From a virus, in the IMG/VR virus record IMGVR_UViG_3300045988_162923: a DNA stretch of 64,000 bases. One strand, given 5' to 3'. A model generated the notes under the pieces. The model saw only the letters and a program-made list of their open reading frames with translations, had not been told where the DNA came from and searched no databases. The position numbers and the translations under genes were made by a program. Within the stretch, counting starts at the first letter, position 1, and each line of letters starts with the position of its first letter. Positions 12,917 to 26,840 of this stretch are shown here, piece by piece.

Positions 12917-15900
12917 TTGGCTGATAATGCTACAAATATTCAGGAAAATATATGCGAAGCTATATCTATTATTGCTAAATCAACAGTCGATAAGATTACT
13001 TATGATAATACTATTGAATGTACGATTATTGATGATAGCAATAAATTAAAAGGGCAATATAGAGTAAAGAATGAATCATATTCTGAATTTGATGCTTTCT
13101 CCCAAATTACTACTTATAATAAAAATAATAGAGTATATGTTCAAATCCCTAAAGGTGATTTTAATAATACTAAATTTATAGTTGGTAAAAAAGAAGATAA
13201 AGGTTAGGATAAGCCATATAATTATGTAAATCCTTTTAATACTTTTGTTGATTTAACTGGTAATATGTTTGTTGGCGGTTAGAATAATAAATCTTTATGG
13301 AGTATCTTGGCTAATGGCGATGAAAGATTTATTGAGATTACTCCAATAGACGAAGAGGATCCGAATAATAATGGAATAAAAATTTCATCTAGTTGTCAAG
13401 GTTTTACCCGGTTAGGATTGCGCGCAGATTTTAGAGCATGGCTTCAAGAGCTAGGTACTGTTCAAGGTAACTATGGCTTAGAAATTGCTATTACTGGAGT
13501 AAAAGAAACTACCGCGGAAAAATTTAATTCTGCCATTAGTACTTATAAAGTAAGATTAGATACTTCAGATATGTATGGTAATCCATATAATTTTGAAGGA
13601 TACTATTCTTAGGAAATAGTTATTGATATTAGCGCCCTTGCGCGCGTAGATAAAGTTTAGGTGTTTTTATATCAAGATGATAATTTTTATGATAAAGATA
13701 ATAAAAAAATACCTATACAATTAACAGAGGGAACTACTGGTATTACTTCTATTTTACCAAATAATATATTTGTAAAAAATATTTATTTTAGTTTTGGTAT
13801 TGGTTTAGACGAAATAAATGGAGAATTTTTAAGACTCTATACCAATGATGGATTGAATTATAAAGTTATTAATGGTTAGGTCAATAAAAAATCTATTCAT
13901 TTAAAATGGATTCATTTTGATGATGATAATAATAAATCTCAAATTAGTAGATTGCCTGCGGGCGCGGAAATTTTGTGGTATAGATATGATTTTGGAGCGC
14001 CATCTGCGGATGAACGTTGTGGTGTTTATTGGACATTCGTAGATAATACTAATTAGTTTAATTATGAATTTACTCCTCGGACGGAAAAGCAAGATGAGCG
14101 ATATAAGGTTATTATTAGATATAACAACAAATATTATTATAGTAATATAATTACTTTTAATAACGATATGCTGGTACCTAATGATGCCACAGTTGATGTT
14201 TTAAATGCTTTATCTATTTATTGTATTGATGGTACTAATGGTAATTATTTAATTTATGATTAGGCAAATTATTTATTAAATACTGTTGATAATAAAATTG
14301 TTCGTTCTATGCAGTTATATTTTAATTCTAAAACTTATGGGACGGAAAATAATAGTGAAGATGAAAGTCAATTAACTGAAGCGCAAGAAGTATTATGGTT
14401 ATTACCGAAAAATAGTATGATGTCTTTTGCTTTAGAAGGATAGACTTTAACAGACTATGATAATAATTATTATTAGATAAAATCTAATAATCCTAGTGAT
14501 AAAGATTTTATAGTTAAATATAAAGTAAATAATTTTTATAGTGCGAATAAATCAAATAATACAGTTATTGCGAAAATTAAACGCGATAATGTTGAATACA
14601 CAGCAAAGAAAGAATTTACATTTGGGCAAGCTGGTACGAATGGTACTGATTGTACTTTAGTTATTGATTTAGTTGATGATCAAGTTGGTAACCCAATTGT
14701 TGCTATTACTTCTGGAGAAGTTAAAGATTATAAATTTAGAGCTTCTTTATATGATAATACTGGTAAAGAAATAGATTTAAGTGGTTATAATTGTATATGG
14801 TCTTTAAATGTGGATGATTCTAATGTAAATTTAAAGACTATAGCTGGTAAATCTAATGAAATCACATTTGCAGTATTAAATAAAAATTCATTAATGAATA
14901 AAATGTATATTTTATCAGTAACATTATAGAATTGGGGTAATTATTTATTAACTGCTTATTATCCTATTCCGATTACTTCTGGACAAGGAAGTTATATTAA
15001 TGGGCCTACTTAGGTAATTTATTTAAGTGATGGTGAAGCAGTTTTTTCTAAAGAGCCTTATCAATTATATGGTAATGATGAACAATTAACTTAGATTCAA
15101 GATGTTTATTGGGATATTTATCCAGCTTCTACTGGTTATTAGTATACTGAATGTTATCCGACTGTAGAAGATTTAAAATATAAAACTTATTATTATAAAA
15201 GCAAGAATAGTAATAATGAAGATGTATATATTCCTACTTCTTTGTCTTCTAATAATATAAAATTTAATTTAGTAATTAATCCTAAAAAAGGAGAAAAATA
15301 TTATCTTGAAGATAAGGTTACAGAAGTAATATATACAGGAGAAAAACAAACTTATTATCGATTAAATCCAAATAAAGATCAATATAATTTAGTAGATAAT
15401 TATTGGGATCTAATAAATAATGAGATATATTATAATGCTGATGGAACCTAGTCTAATACTTTTAAATATTAGAATTTATATAAAAAAATAACAAATGGAT
15501 ATACTCGTGATGATAATGGTAAGTATTTATTTGTTAGTGCTACTTTAAATGATAAGGATTACCCAAGTTTTTATTTACCTATTGATAATACACAATTTTA
15601 TTAGGATAATGAGAATATTAAATATACTTTAGTCTCTCCTAGTATTTTAGTTGATAAAACATTATATTTTTAGTTAGATGAAGTAACAGGGAAATATGTA
15701 TCTTCATACTATGTAGAATAGCCATTCTATCAATTGTCTGCTTAGTAGTCTATGGTATCATAGGCTGATTTAATAGATAAATTTCCATATTATTCTCACT
15801 ATGATACTTCAAAAGAAGATTATACTAGCGTTGAAGGGATTTATTTAGATACTATTTATGATAAAAGTTTTAAAATAAATAATTTATCTATATCTGATAT

Positions 15901-18199
15901 TTAGAAAATTCCTAATAAAAGATATGTAATAAAAAATACTACACGAGGAAGTAGTACTATATATAATCAGGTAGCTATTGTTAGTTATAATAGATTAATA
16001 AATAATCTTTTTGATAGTGATGGAAATAAAATTACTTCGATAAATGATTTAAATATTAATCAAGAATATAGATTTTTAGCTAGTGGTACTTAGTTTAATT
16101 ATAAAGTTATTTATCCTTTTGAATTTGAAGAATTGTATGTAAAAAAATATGAACTTATTAATAAAAATGCTTGGAAATATAATACAAATTATTATATTTT
16201 TAAAGAAGATACAATGAGTGTTTATGAATTTAAAGAATATTATATTTCTGAAATAAATGGTAATAATATTGTTGAAATAGATTTTGATAATTTAATTCCA
16301 TCAAAACTATACTATTTTAAATAGAATAATAATATATATAAATTTATATATACTGGAAAAGCTTTATATTCTTTAGATCCGAGTAAAGATACATATAATA
16401 TAATTTTTAATGGAGAGGATATAGATTATAATAATTGTTATACTCGAGCTGGAACTAATAATAATTATGTTTATTCTGTATTTAATAAATTAAATTATTA
16501 TAAAAAAATAATAGGCACAGATATAGTAAATAATCCTATAAATGGAGAAAAGTATTATATTAAAGATAGTGATGGTAATTTAATTGTTACAACTTATAGA
16601 ACAATAAATTACTATGAAAAAATATATAATAATACTATGCCTTCTGGAACATAGTATTATAAAAAAATTTCTTAGAATGAGTCTGATTTTTATGGTATTA
16701 TAAAAATTATAAATAATAAATCATATCTATATCCTTTAGCAATATATGTAAATAGTGCTCCTCAATATGCTGTATAGTGTAAAAATGCTTAGGGAAATAT
16801 TTTATGGACTTAGCCTATTTTAGTACTATAGAATAAATATCCTTCATCTATGATAAATAAATGGGATGGTAAATCTTTAGTATTAAATGAAGCAAGCGGA
16901 AGTATTTTAGCTAGCTAGATTGCGGCTGGTAAGAAAAATGATGACAATACTTTTTCTGGTGTATTAATGGGCGACTGGAGTCCTAATGGTGAATCAATAT
17001 CAGATAATAGCATTAGTGGTTAGACTGGTGTATATGGATTTCATTAGGGAGAACAATCTTTTGCTTTAAAAGAAGACGGCACAGCATTTTTTGGTAAAGA
17101 TGGTAAAGGCCGTATTATATTAGATGGAAATGAATGTCTTTTAAAATCAGCTACTTATGATATTTCTAATGGAAATGGTATGTTAATAAATTTAGAAAAA
17201 AATTTATTAGATTGTAAAGTACATGGAAATTCAATTTTTACTATTAATAGTGGAATAGATAGTATAAATTATTTAACTATCAAAGATCCAGATAGTCAAA
17301 ATATTTTAATGAATGTTAGTAATTCTAATTATTATTTACAATCATAGAATTATTTAAATAATAATTAGGAAGGTATGAAAATTGATTTAAGTAATGGATA
17401 TATTTGGGCTAATACTGGTATTTTTAATGGCGATATATATATTAGATATAGCGGTAATGGAAATGCTAGTAGTGATTCTTTAAATAGTATTTTAGAGCAA
17501 TTAAGACAAGCAGTTGATGATGCTGCGGCCGCTATTGATAAGGTATCTGATCAAGTTGATGCTATTGAAGCAGCTTAGGCTAAAGCAGATGCCGCTTGGA
17601 GTCGAGCAGAGGCTGCTTTAGATGAAGCTTTAGTAAAATTAGATAAAATGAGTAGCGGTAATGGCGGTATTGATTATGGCTATGAAGGTTCTAGTGGTCT
17701 TAATGGTACATAGGGTATACAAATGTGGGCTTTTGGAGAAGATGGCGATAGTTACTATGGGGGTGGCTATGTAGCTGCTTCTGATAAGGGTGCCTCATTG
17801 TATTTTAGTAATTCTAGCCAAATATACGTAGTTAGTAGTGGATGTTATTCTGGATCAGCAATGAAAACGATGTCTGATAAACGATTAAAAACTAATATTG
17901 ATTATAAACATATTAATAGTTATAAATAGTTATTTAATGAGTTAAAACCTGTTAGTTATAAATATAAAGATTCTAATGAAATTTATTTAGGATTTATTGC
18001 TCAAGATGTTAAAAATAGTTTAGAGAAAAATAATATAAATGATAATAGTTTAGTTAATTATAATAATGAACATTTTTTATCATTAGATTATAATAGTTTA
18101 TTTACATTAAATATTGCGGTCACACAAGGTTTAATGAAAGAGATTGAAGAATTAAAGCTTCAAGTGAAAGAGTTAAAGGAGGAAAAAACTAATGAATAA
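12917..18199 (+). CDS. giant tail fibre/spike-like protein, about 1760 aa, with a C-terminal peptidase S74 intramolecular-chaperone domain
   Basis: TTG start follows RBS AAAAGGAGGG. Seven track ORFs (12917, 13307, 13661, 15242, 16133, 17375, 17723) share the frame. I read the gaps and found only TAG interruptions. The C-terminus reads ...SDKRLKTNIDYKHINSYK(Q)LFNELKPVSYKYKD...LQVKELKEEK, matching the self-cleaving chaperone domain of tail spikes and endosialidases. It ends at TAA 18197-18199. Confidence 0.7.
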
Positions 18200-18353
18200 A
18201 GAGGATTTAAATTATTTAAATGCTTTATATAATACATTAATTTGTATTTCTACGAAAGGCGAAGATACTATTTTAATGGGAGAATGTATTAAAAGCTTAA
18301 AAGAATTCATTTATCGTTAGAATAATTCACAACAAAAACAAGAGGAGGAGTAA
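18192..18353 (+). CDS. small protein (53 aa) with start overlapping the upstream stop
   Basis: ATG 18192 overlaps the upstream end (AATGAATAA). It ends at TAA 18351-18353 and contains one TAG. Confidence 0.4.
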
Positions 18354-18356
18354 TTT

Positions 18357-21236
18357 ATGGATAAATTATATCCGCCTTATATAAGTGGAACATTGCCTGC
18401 GTTTACTGGAACGGAATTAACTATTCCGTTCCAGATGAATCAAACTGTAAGCGCGGCAGAAGTCAGTGGATTCGCTTATATATTTAAAACTATACAAAGT
18501 AATGTAGTAATTGCGCAAGGTTAGATTGTTTCATCTCAAGCACAAGATGCTATTAATAGTGGTTCAATTACTTTCCAATTAAAATTTAAGCAAATTAATG
18601 GTAATGCTTTTCAACTAAATTTAGGATAGTCCTATAAAGTTCAATTAGCTTATATTGATAATAATAAGATTATAGGATATTATTCTACAGTTGGTATTGC
18701 TAAATATACCGCAGATCCAAAAATAGAAATTGAAGGATTGGAGTCTGGTGGTATCGGTATTAATAAGACTAGTTTTGTTGGTCATTATAGTCAATATAAA
18801 GGCGACGTAACTGAAAGAGTTTATTCTTATCAATTTATTGTATATGATGAATACCATAATGTATTTGCTACTTCTGGAGAATAGCTACATAACACTATTA
18901 ATGATGAACAGTTATATGAGTCATATGATAGTTTTGAATTAAATAAAGAATTAATTAAAGGCAAGAATTATTATATTTAGTATAAAGTTACTACAATTAA
19001 TAATTATGAAGCCGCTAGCCCTGAATATCGTATTATTAATAGGGAGACAATTGATCCTGAAATTCGTGCTACTTTACAAGCAGTTATGGATGAAAATAAT
19101 GGATTTGCGCAAATTAATTTAAAAGGTATTAAAGATGCTGCTACTAAATCAGAGATTCCTGCTACTGGAGCTTTTATTCTTTTAAGAGCTAGTAGTGAAG
19201 ATGATTATAGTTCTTGGAATCCTATTCTTAAATTTAAATTAACTGGTGAAGCTCCTAGTCGTATATTATATAAAGACTTTACTGTTGAGCATGGATTTTT
19301 CTATCAATATGCTATTCAACAGTATAGCGACGCAACTTCTTTACGTTCAAATAAAATTTTATCTAATATAATTTATAGTATATTTGAAGATAGTTTTTTA
19401 TATGAAAATGGTAGATTATTAAAGATTAGATTTAATCCTAAAGTAGAAAGTTTTAAAATTAATACTTTAGAAACTAAAATGGATACTATAGGGAGTCAAT
19501 ATCCTTATATTTTCCGCAATGGAAATACTTATTATCATGAATTTCCTATTGGTGGGCTAATTTCTTATTTACAAGATGAAAGTCATTTATTTATAAATAA
19601 ATTAGGAAATGATGAAATAAAAGATTTTACTAGCACTGATTTAACAGATTATAATTATAATATAGAACGTCAATTTAAAACTAAAGTTTTAGAATTTTTA
19701 ACTAATGGAAAACCTAAATTATTTAAATCTCCAGCAGAAGGTAATTTTATTGTTAGACTTTTAAATGTTACATTAACTCCACAAGATACTTTAGGACGTA
19801 TGTTACATTCATTTAAAGGAACAGCTTATGAGATTGATAAGGTTACTTTCGATAATCTTAATTCTTATGGATTTGTTGATGCTGATGAACCTAATAGTGA
19901 AATTCTTAAATGGAATAGTTTATCTCTTTATGGGATTTATAAATTAAATAGTTGCCTTAAAAGTTATAATGATTGTGTTGATAGATTAGCAACGGAAACA
20001 AATACTGAATCTATTAATAAGTTAAATCAAACTAAAAAAGAATTAGAGGTTAATATTGAATCATTACTAGCTACTTATCCATTTTATAAAGTAGAAAATG
20101 ATTCATTAAATCCCACTCATAAAAGATTATATACAGAAAATTTAATCTTTAATGGGCCTGCGATAACATTGCGCTTACAAGGATTTAGCGCAGGAGACAA
20201 ATTTAAAATTAATAATGAAGAAGTAGTTATTGGTGTTACTGGTGCTTATTTAATTGATCATTCAATGCCAGTATATACATTAGAAATTGTAAATATTTCT
20301 GATTAGGGTATTTAGCAAGGAACTATTGAGTATTCATTTATGGGAACTCAAGAAAGTAAATTTGATATTATAGAAGATGTTAAAATTGCTGACTTGCCAT
20401 TAGAACAATGTTATAGTGTGGATGGTGGCAATATTTTAGATTAGTATCAGGATGACTTAAAATATACCGTATTAAAAGTTTATTTTATGCGTTTTACCAA
20501 ACGAGAATTATAGACTATTTATACTTTAGATGGAAAGAAATTCTATTTATCTCCTGGTGGTGCTCGTGAGCAAAAATTAAATGATTTATTAACTTCCTTT
20601 GATAGATCTTTAATTTATAAAGTTTATAATTTATCAACAGAAATGGATAATCCTCCTACTGATTCTGTGCCATATTTTTATGATGGTAATACTTAGAAGC
20701 CAATTGTTTACCATGGTCAATTAGTTACAGAAGATGAGTGGGATTATAAAATTCGTTTTAACCATGATGATAAAGAGTTAATTGATATTACTCATAAAAA
20801 TGAATATTTTGTTACTGATTTAAGTGATATTACTTCAGTAGAAATTGATCCTGGAATTTTATGTGAATTATCTATTCAACGTCAAGAGAAAGTATTCTCT
20901 TTTGAAAATGATAATAGTACTAAATATAAAGTTTTTACTAAAAATACTTATGTTGAAAAGACTATTTATTAGTTAAAAACTGAATGGCAAAAAGCTTATA
21001 ATGATTTATAGGTATATCAAGGGCTAAAGCGGGGAGAGGATGATAATTCAGATGATGGAGTTTATATGTTACCATTTACTCCAAATTCAATCAATGCTTC
21101 TCTATATGAATCATAGTTAAGAACTTATAATAGTATGATAAAAACTAAGCAAGCTGATGTAAATAATAAATATAATTTATTTATTAAATATTTGAAAGAG
21201 GCTATAAATAATTATGAGACACCAATAGAATCTTGA
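18357..21236 (+). CDS. large structural (baseplate/tail) protein, about 959 aa
   Basis: RBS AGAGGAGGAG precedes ATG 18357. The TAG-free track ORF 19086..20306 is an internal segment. The frame continues through TAG 20304-20306 to TGA 21234-21236. Confidence 0.65.
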
Positions 21237-23529
21237 TAAAGAATTTTTAAGAAAATTAGATAGTCTCCATGAGCGTGAAGTTTACGCCCGCATTGAATTA
21301 ATGACTTTTGATGAATTACCAATAGAAACGATTGAAGGCAAGATAACGGCTGGATCTATCAATATCGATGGGTCATCTGCTGTCCGCAGATCTTGTTCTT
21401 TGACTATGGTAACAAATGATTAGTTATATAAACAATATATGTGGGGATTAAAGTCTAAATTTAATCTTGCTATTGGTTTAAAAAATACTATTGATTCAAA
21501 TTATCCTGATATTATTTGGTTTAATGAAGGTATTTATTTAATAACTTCTTTTAATACTTCTCAAAGCGCGAGTAATTATACAATTTCTATTCAAGGTAAA
21601 GACAAAATGTGTTTATTAAATGGCGATCTTGGAGGAAGTTTACCTGCTTCTATTGACTTTGGTTAGGAAGAAATTATTAAATACAATTATATTGCTCAAG
21701 ATACTGATTTTAATTATGATGCTGGACATTACTGTTTTAGAGTAAATAGTGAAGAAGAAGCAAAAAAATATAATAATTATTATATTGCTACTAATGGTAA
21801 TGAAAAAATATATTATGTTTTAGATGAAAATGAAACTAAAACAGAAAATAGAACTTATTACTATCGTGAGCGTATTTTAGATTTAGTTAAAGTGCCTATT
21901 AAGACTATTATCAAAAAAGCCTTGATGGTTTATGGTAAAGAGTTAGAATCTAATATTGTGATTAATGATTTAGATGAATATGGTTATGAATTATTACAAA
22001 ATAAATGTGATGCTGATATGTATTTCTTTAGAGATGCTGAGACAGGTCGTGTAGTGAATGTAGTAATTGGAGATAATCTTCCTAATTTATATGAAGAAAT
22101 AAGTCATGGACAAATTCCTCTTGAATAGATTATATTTGATTAGCTAGATTCTTATAAGTTATTAGGAGAAGAAAATTAGCCAACTAGAATTGTTTTAACT
22201 TTAGATACAGCTAATCCTACAGTTTATACTATTGCTAAAAAATCATATGGAGAACCGGTCGGTTATCGAATTTGTGACTTGGTATATGCTGGAGATTTAA
22301 TAACTAATGTTGGTGAGACTTTAACATCGGTTTTAGATAAAATTAAAAATATGTTAAGTTGTTTTGAATATTTTTATGATATTGATGGTAGGTTTATTTT
22401 TTAGCGCAAAAAATTCTATGATTTTAAATCATGGAATAATATAGTTAAAAAATCAGAAGGAGAAAGTTATATTAAACCGGCAGTCTATTCTTCTTCTTAT
22501 ACTTATTCATTTAAGGATAGCTAGATAGTAACTTAGTTCGCCAATAATCCTTAGATTAATATATTGAGAAATGATTTTTCAATTTGGGGATAGCGCAAAT
22601 CCGCAAGCGGAGAAGAGCTTCCAATTCATATGCGTTATGCTATTGATACAAAACCTGTTCAATATACAACTATTATAGTTACTCAAGATGATATTAATAG
22701 ATACAAAACTTTAACTTATAATAATGGAATATTTCAAACAATGAATTTATAGCTAAAATAGCAAACATTTAAAGCTTATCCTGAAGATGGAGATCCAGCG
22801 GATATAATTTATTGTGATTGGCGCGAAATTATATATCGTATGGCTGTTGATTATTATCAATATAATTATGGTGATGATTTTCTCCATAAAGTGGCTACCG
22901 CGAACCCTACTCTCTATCCTTCTGGAGTAACTGGATATGAAACATATTATGTTGATATTTTTTCATTTTGGCGTTAGATTTATGATTTTGAAAATCGTAC
23001 ATTCTATGATAATGTCAAGCAATATCCAGAAAATTTAAATTTTTGGTTTGATTTTATTGGAGAAGAAAATAGTGATATTAGTAAGTATTCGATAAAATTA
23101 ATTGGTGATAGAACAAAAGCAGTTAATGATACTAATATAAAAGTTATAAGTTATAGAGATGTACCTGAAGTATTATTTTTAAATCAAGGAGATTATGATC
23201 GAATTGTTGAAAATAATTATCCTCAAGAAACTGGATATGTTTGGGTAAATGTCCCTAAAAATTATGATAATTATTTTAGTATCAGTTCTATGGGTAAAAG
23301 TGCTATTGATGAAATGGAAGATTTATTATAGACAACTGCTTATTGTACTGAAAGTAGTACAATAACTACTTTACCAGTTTATTATTTAGAACCAAATACT
23401 AGAATTTATATTGAAGATAAAAAAAGTGGCGTAGAAGGAGAATATTTAGTTAATAAATTAACTATTCCATTAAGTTATAATGGAACAATGTCTATTAGTG
23501 CCACCAAAGCTATATCAAAAGTATATTAA
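21214..23529 (+). CDS. tail/baseplate protein, about 771 aa
   Basis: ATG 21214, or alternatively 21301, overlaps the upstream gene end. Track ORFs 21439 and 21892 share the frame. It ends at TAA 23527-23529. Confidence 0.6.
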
Positions 23530-23542
23530 GGAGGAACACTAA

Positions 23543-23890
23543 ATGGCAAAGCGAATTAAATAGATTCGTTATTATAATGAAAATAATGCGAAAAATTATC
23601 CCGGTGGAACTTCTTTAGGTATGACTAAATTAATTAATGGTTCAGCATTTAAAATTAATGGTAATAATGTATTAATTACTTAGTTAGGTATTTAGACAAT
23701 ACCTGGAGTTAAGTTTTACTTAAATGAAAGTGATAATAGTGTTATGGTTGGAAGTACTGGTATTTATGAATTAGATTTAGAAGGGATTTCTTATATAACT
23801 TCTATTAAGTTTGATAAAGCTTCTATGAATTTAATTAATCAAAATACTAATGCTTATTTAATTGTAGATATTTTGTACGAGGAGGGATAA
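23543..23890 (+). CDS. small structural protein (115 aa)
   Basis: RBS AAGGAGGAA precedes ATG 23543. It has three in-frame TAGs and ends at TAA 23888-23890. Confidence 0.5.
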
Positions 23891-23891
23891 T

Positions 23892-26054
23892 ATGGGTTTT
23901 TATGGTAATATAACAAATACATCAAAGACTACATTCTCCTTTGATAAAATTTATGCAAATAGATTAGAAATGGACAATGCTTGCGCTAATGGCGATGGTG
24001 TTTTTTTAGGACGCTATGTATTAGTTGAATATGGATATATATTTGATGTTACAGATGAAGCTTGGACCGATGAACGAGTAGGTATATCTACTATTACTAC
24101 AATTTATGATCATCCAACAGACCGTAGCAATCTTCATGTTATTCCTTGGGTAGAAAATAAATTAGTAAAAATTAAATATAATAGTACTAGATATTATAAA
24201 TATAAAGCAAGTATTATTTCAGGAAAACCTGTTTGGTATCTTATGAGAGGAACATATGATACTTCAGTTAAAGATGATGACTTATATGAAGTTAATTATA
24301 AAATAGATAGAGATGTTTATCATCGAGGCTATGATTCAACAGTTTGGATTAAATAGTTTATTAATAATGAAGAAAAGTATATCCAAATTGCAGAATTAAA
24401 TACTGTAATTCCAATATTTAATTTGGAACCTATTATGCCTTATGATCCTTATTCTCCTGTAGAAATTACTATTGATACTTATCAACCTAATATTTATTAT
24501 TATTTTGATGGGTCAAAATATGTAATTTCAACTGATAATTATATTGCTGGAAGATAGTATTATATAGCACATACAGTGGCAGATGGAGAAGGTGAAGGAA
24601 ATAGATATGAGATTCCATATGCTAAAATTAATAGTGAAGATAGTAATAATATAAGTTATAATATACAAGTTCCAACTAATTATGTTTTGAATTTAGATCC
24701 AAATAATATTAATTTTAATGTAGCAGGATTTGATCCTGATACTCATAATTATTCATCTGAAGTCGATGAAATTAAATATATTTATGGATCTACTGGGTAT
24801 CCTTATTATAAAAATCCTGAGACGGGTATGGCTGGAAATGATTTAGAACCCAATACTTGTAATGATGTAAAAAGTTTGATTATTAATTTACCAGGATTAG
24901 GAAATTCTGCTTGTCGTGTTTATGATTTACTTTATGGTGAAGAAAGACAATTAAATTATCGTACTGATAATGTCTCTGGAGCTTTAAATAGATTAAATAA
25001 AAAGTTTAATAGTATTAATTTAGAAGCTAATAAATTATTATATACTTCTCCAGAAGTAGATAATGATACTGGCGATAAAATTATTAAATCGGCAGAAATT
25101 CTTGGAGATAGTTGGATTAATTATAAAGCTACTAATGATACTGATAATAAATTAACCTAGTTTAAATTATCTCATACTCTCACTGAGTTAAGCAATAAGA
25201 TAATAGCACCAAATGTGAATCAGACTCCTAAATTTGGTGAAACAATAGAAATTCCAAGTTTTACTGTAGATGATTGTGGACATGTAGTGTCTTAGAGTGA
25301 GACTAAAAATATTACTATTCCTATTGGTTCTTATCAATCAACTGATACCGGTAATGTAATTATTGGATTAACTTTTACTCCGGAAGATGGGAAATTTGTT
25401 GAAACAAAAGATTATTTAGGTAATTTAACAATTGGTATTGAAAATTATCAGAATGATAATTTGGGCCTTAGTACTACTTCCACTTTAAAAGAGAGTATTG
25501 ACAAAATTTCAGATAAATTAACTTTTAATTTAAATGCTGCTAATGAACATAGTAATAAAAATTTAGATGCTGCCAAAACTTATACTAATAGCAAAATTGA
25601 AGAACTAGATTATTCTGATCAAGCAATTAGTTAGAATTTTGTTACTGCTGTATCAGAAGAAAATGGTGTAATTAAAGTATCAAGAGCATCATTAAAAGTA
25701 GATGATATTCCATCATTAACTCATGCTAAAATTAGTGATTGGAATACAGAAGTTACTAATAAATTATCTACTTTAAAAACTGATTTAACTACTGACATTA
25801 ATAGTCGTGCTTCATAGGATGCTTTAGATACTCATATTAAAAATAGTGATATTCATATTACTTCAGAAGAAAGAATTGCTTGGAACGCGAAATTAGATTC
25901 AATTCCAAATACATATATTCAAACCAGTAATAAATTTACTGTAAATAGTGATAAAGAAAATCCGAAAAAAACTATTGAAGAATTATGCGCATATATTGAT
26001 AAATTAGCAGAAAGAATTAAAACATTAGAAAGTAATTCTACAACAACTGGTTAA
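23892..26054 (+). CDS. tail fibre-like protein, about 720 aa
   Basis: RBS GAGGAGGG precedes ATG 23892. Track ORFs 23892 and 24576 share the frame. It ends at TAA 26052-26054. The C-terminal region reads ...HIKNSDIHITSEERIAWNAKLD... and is fibre-like. Confidence 0.6.
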
Positions 26055-26058
26055 TAAT

Positions 26059-26095
26059 AAAGGCTTGGCCTAATAGGCCAAGCCTTTATAAATTT
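26059..26095 (+). terminator. rho-independent terminator
   Basis: AGGCTTGGCC-TAAT-AGGCCAAGCCT hairpin followed by a T-rich tract. Confidence 0.7.
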
Positions 26096-26139
26096 ATTGA
26101 GATAACTTTTATAAATAAAAGGAAGAAACAATAGAAGGA

Positions 26140-26832
26140 GTGATTAAATTGCCAGATATTACCCAAAAATATGTTAAATTCCAAAGAGGTTCTCAAGTCG
26201 CTTATGATTCTTTAAAGATTAAGGATAATGATACCTTATATTTTATTACTAGCGCAGAAGACAATTCAGGTAAATTATATTTAGGTACTCGTTTAATTAG
26301 TAGCGGTTTAAATGCTGCTGGTAAACTTTCAGAGTTAGCTGATATAGTTATCAATAATTTAAATACTGATGATATATTAATTTATAATGGTAAAACTTGG
26401 GTTAATACTCAATTAACTAATAATGAAACTTTAATTAGTTCGTTAGTTGATAGAATTTTAACAAAAGAAAATGTTATAAAATATGTTCCTGTTTTTAATG
26501 GCATTGAAAATGGACTTGTTCCAGTTAATCCAAAAGGCATTGAGGGAAAAGTTTTAACTGATAATGGCGCATGGATGTCAGTTCCAACTATTACGGTAAT
26601 GACAGGAGCTACTGAGACTGAAGATGGTACTAGTGGTTTAGTCCCTATGCCAACTAGTGGTTCTGCTGATAGATTTTTAGCAGCAGATGGCATTTGGAAA
26701 AAAGTTGTTGGAACATTATCAGAAACTACTATTAATCAAGTTAATACATTTTTAGAAACTTCCACTGATTTAACAAATCGTGTAAGTGCTCTTGAAGATA
26801 CTTTAACTTGGAAAGATATTGAAGGAGAGTGA
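26140..26832 (+). CDS. structural protein (230 aa), GTG start, no in-frame TAG
   Basis: RBS GAAGGAG precedes GTG 26140. The ORF is intact in the standard code and ends at TGA 26830-26832. Confidence 0.6.
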   Translation: MIKLPDITQKYVKFQRGSQVAYDSLKIKDNDTLYFITSAEDNSGKLYLGTRLISSGLNAAGKLSELADIVINNLNTDDILIYNGKTWVNTQLTNNETLISSLVDRILTKENVIKYVPVFNGIENGLVPVNPKGIEGKVLTDNGAWMSVPTITVMTGATETEDGTSGLVPMPTSGSADRFLAADGIWKKVVGTLSETTINQVNTFLETSTDLTNRVSALEDTLTWKDIEGE

Positions 26833-26840
26833 AATAATTA

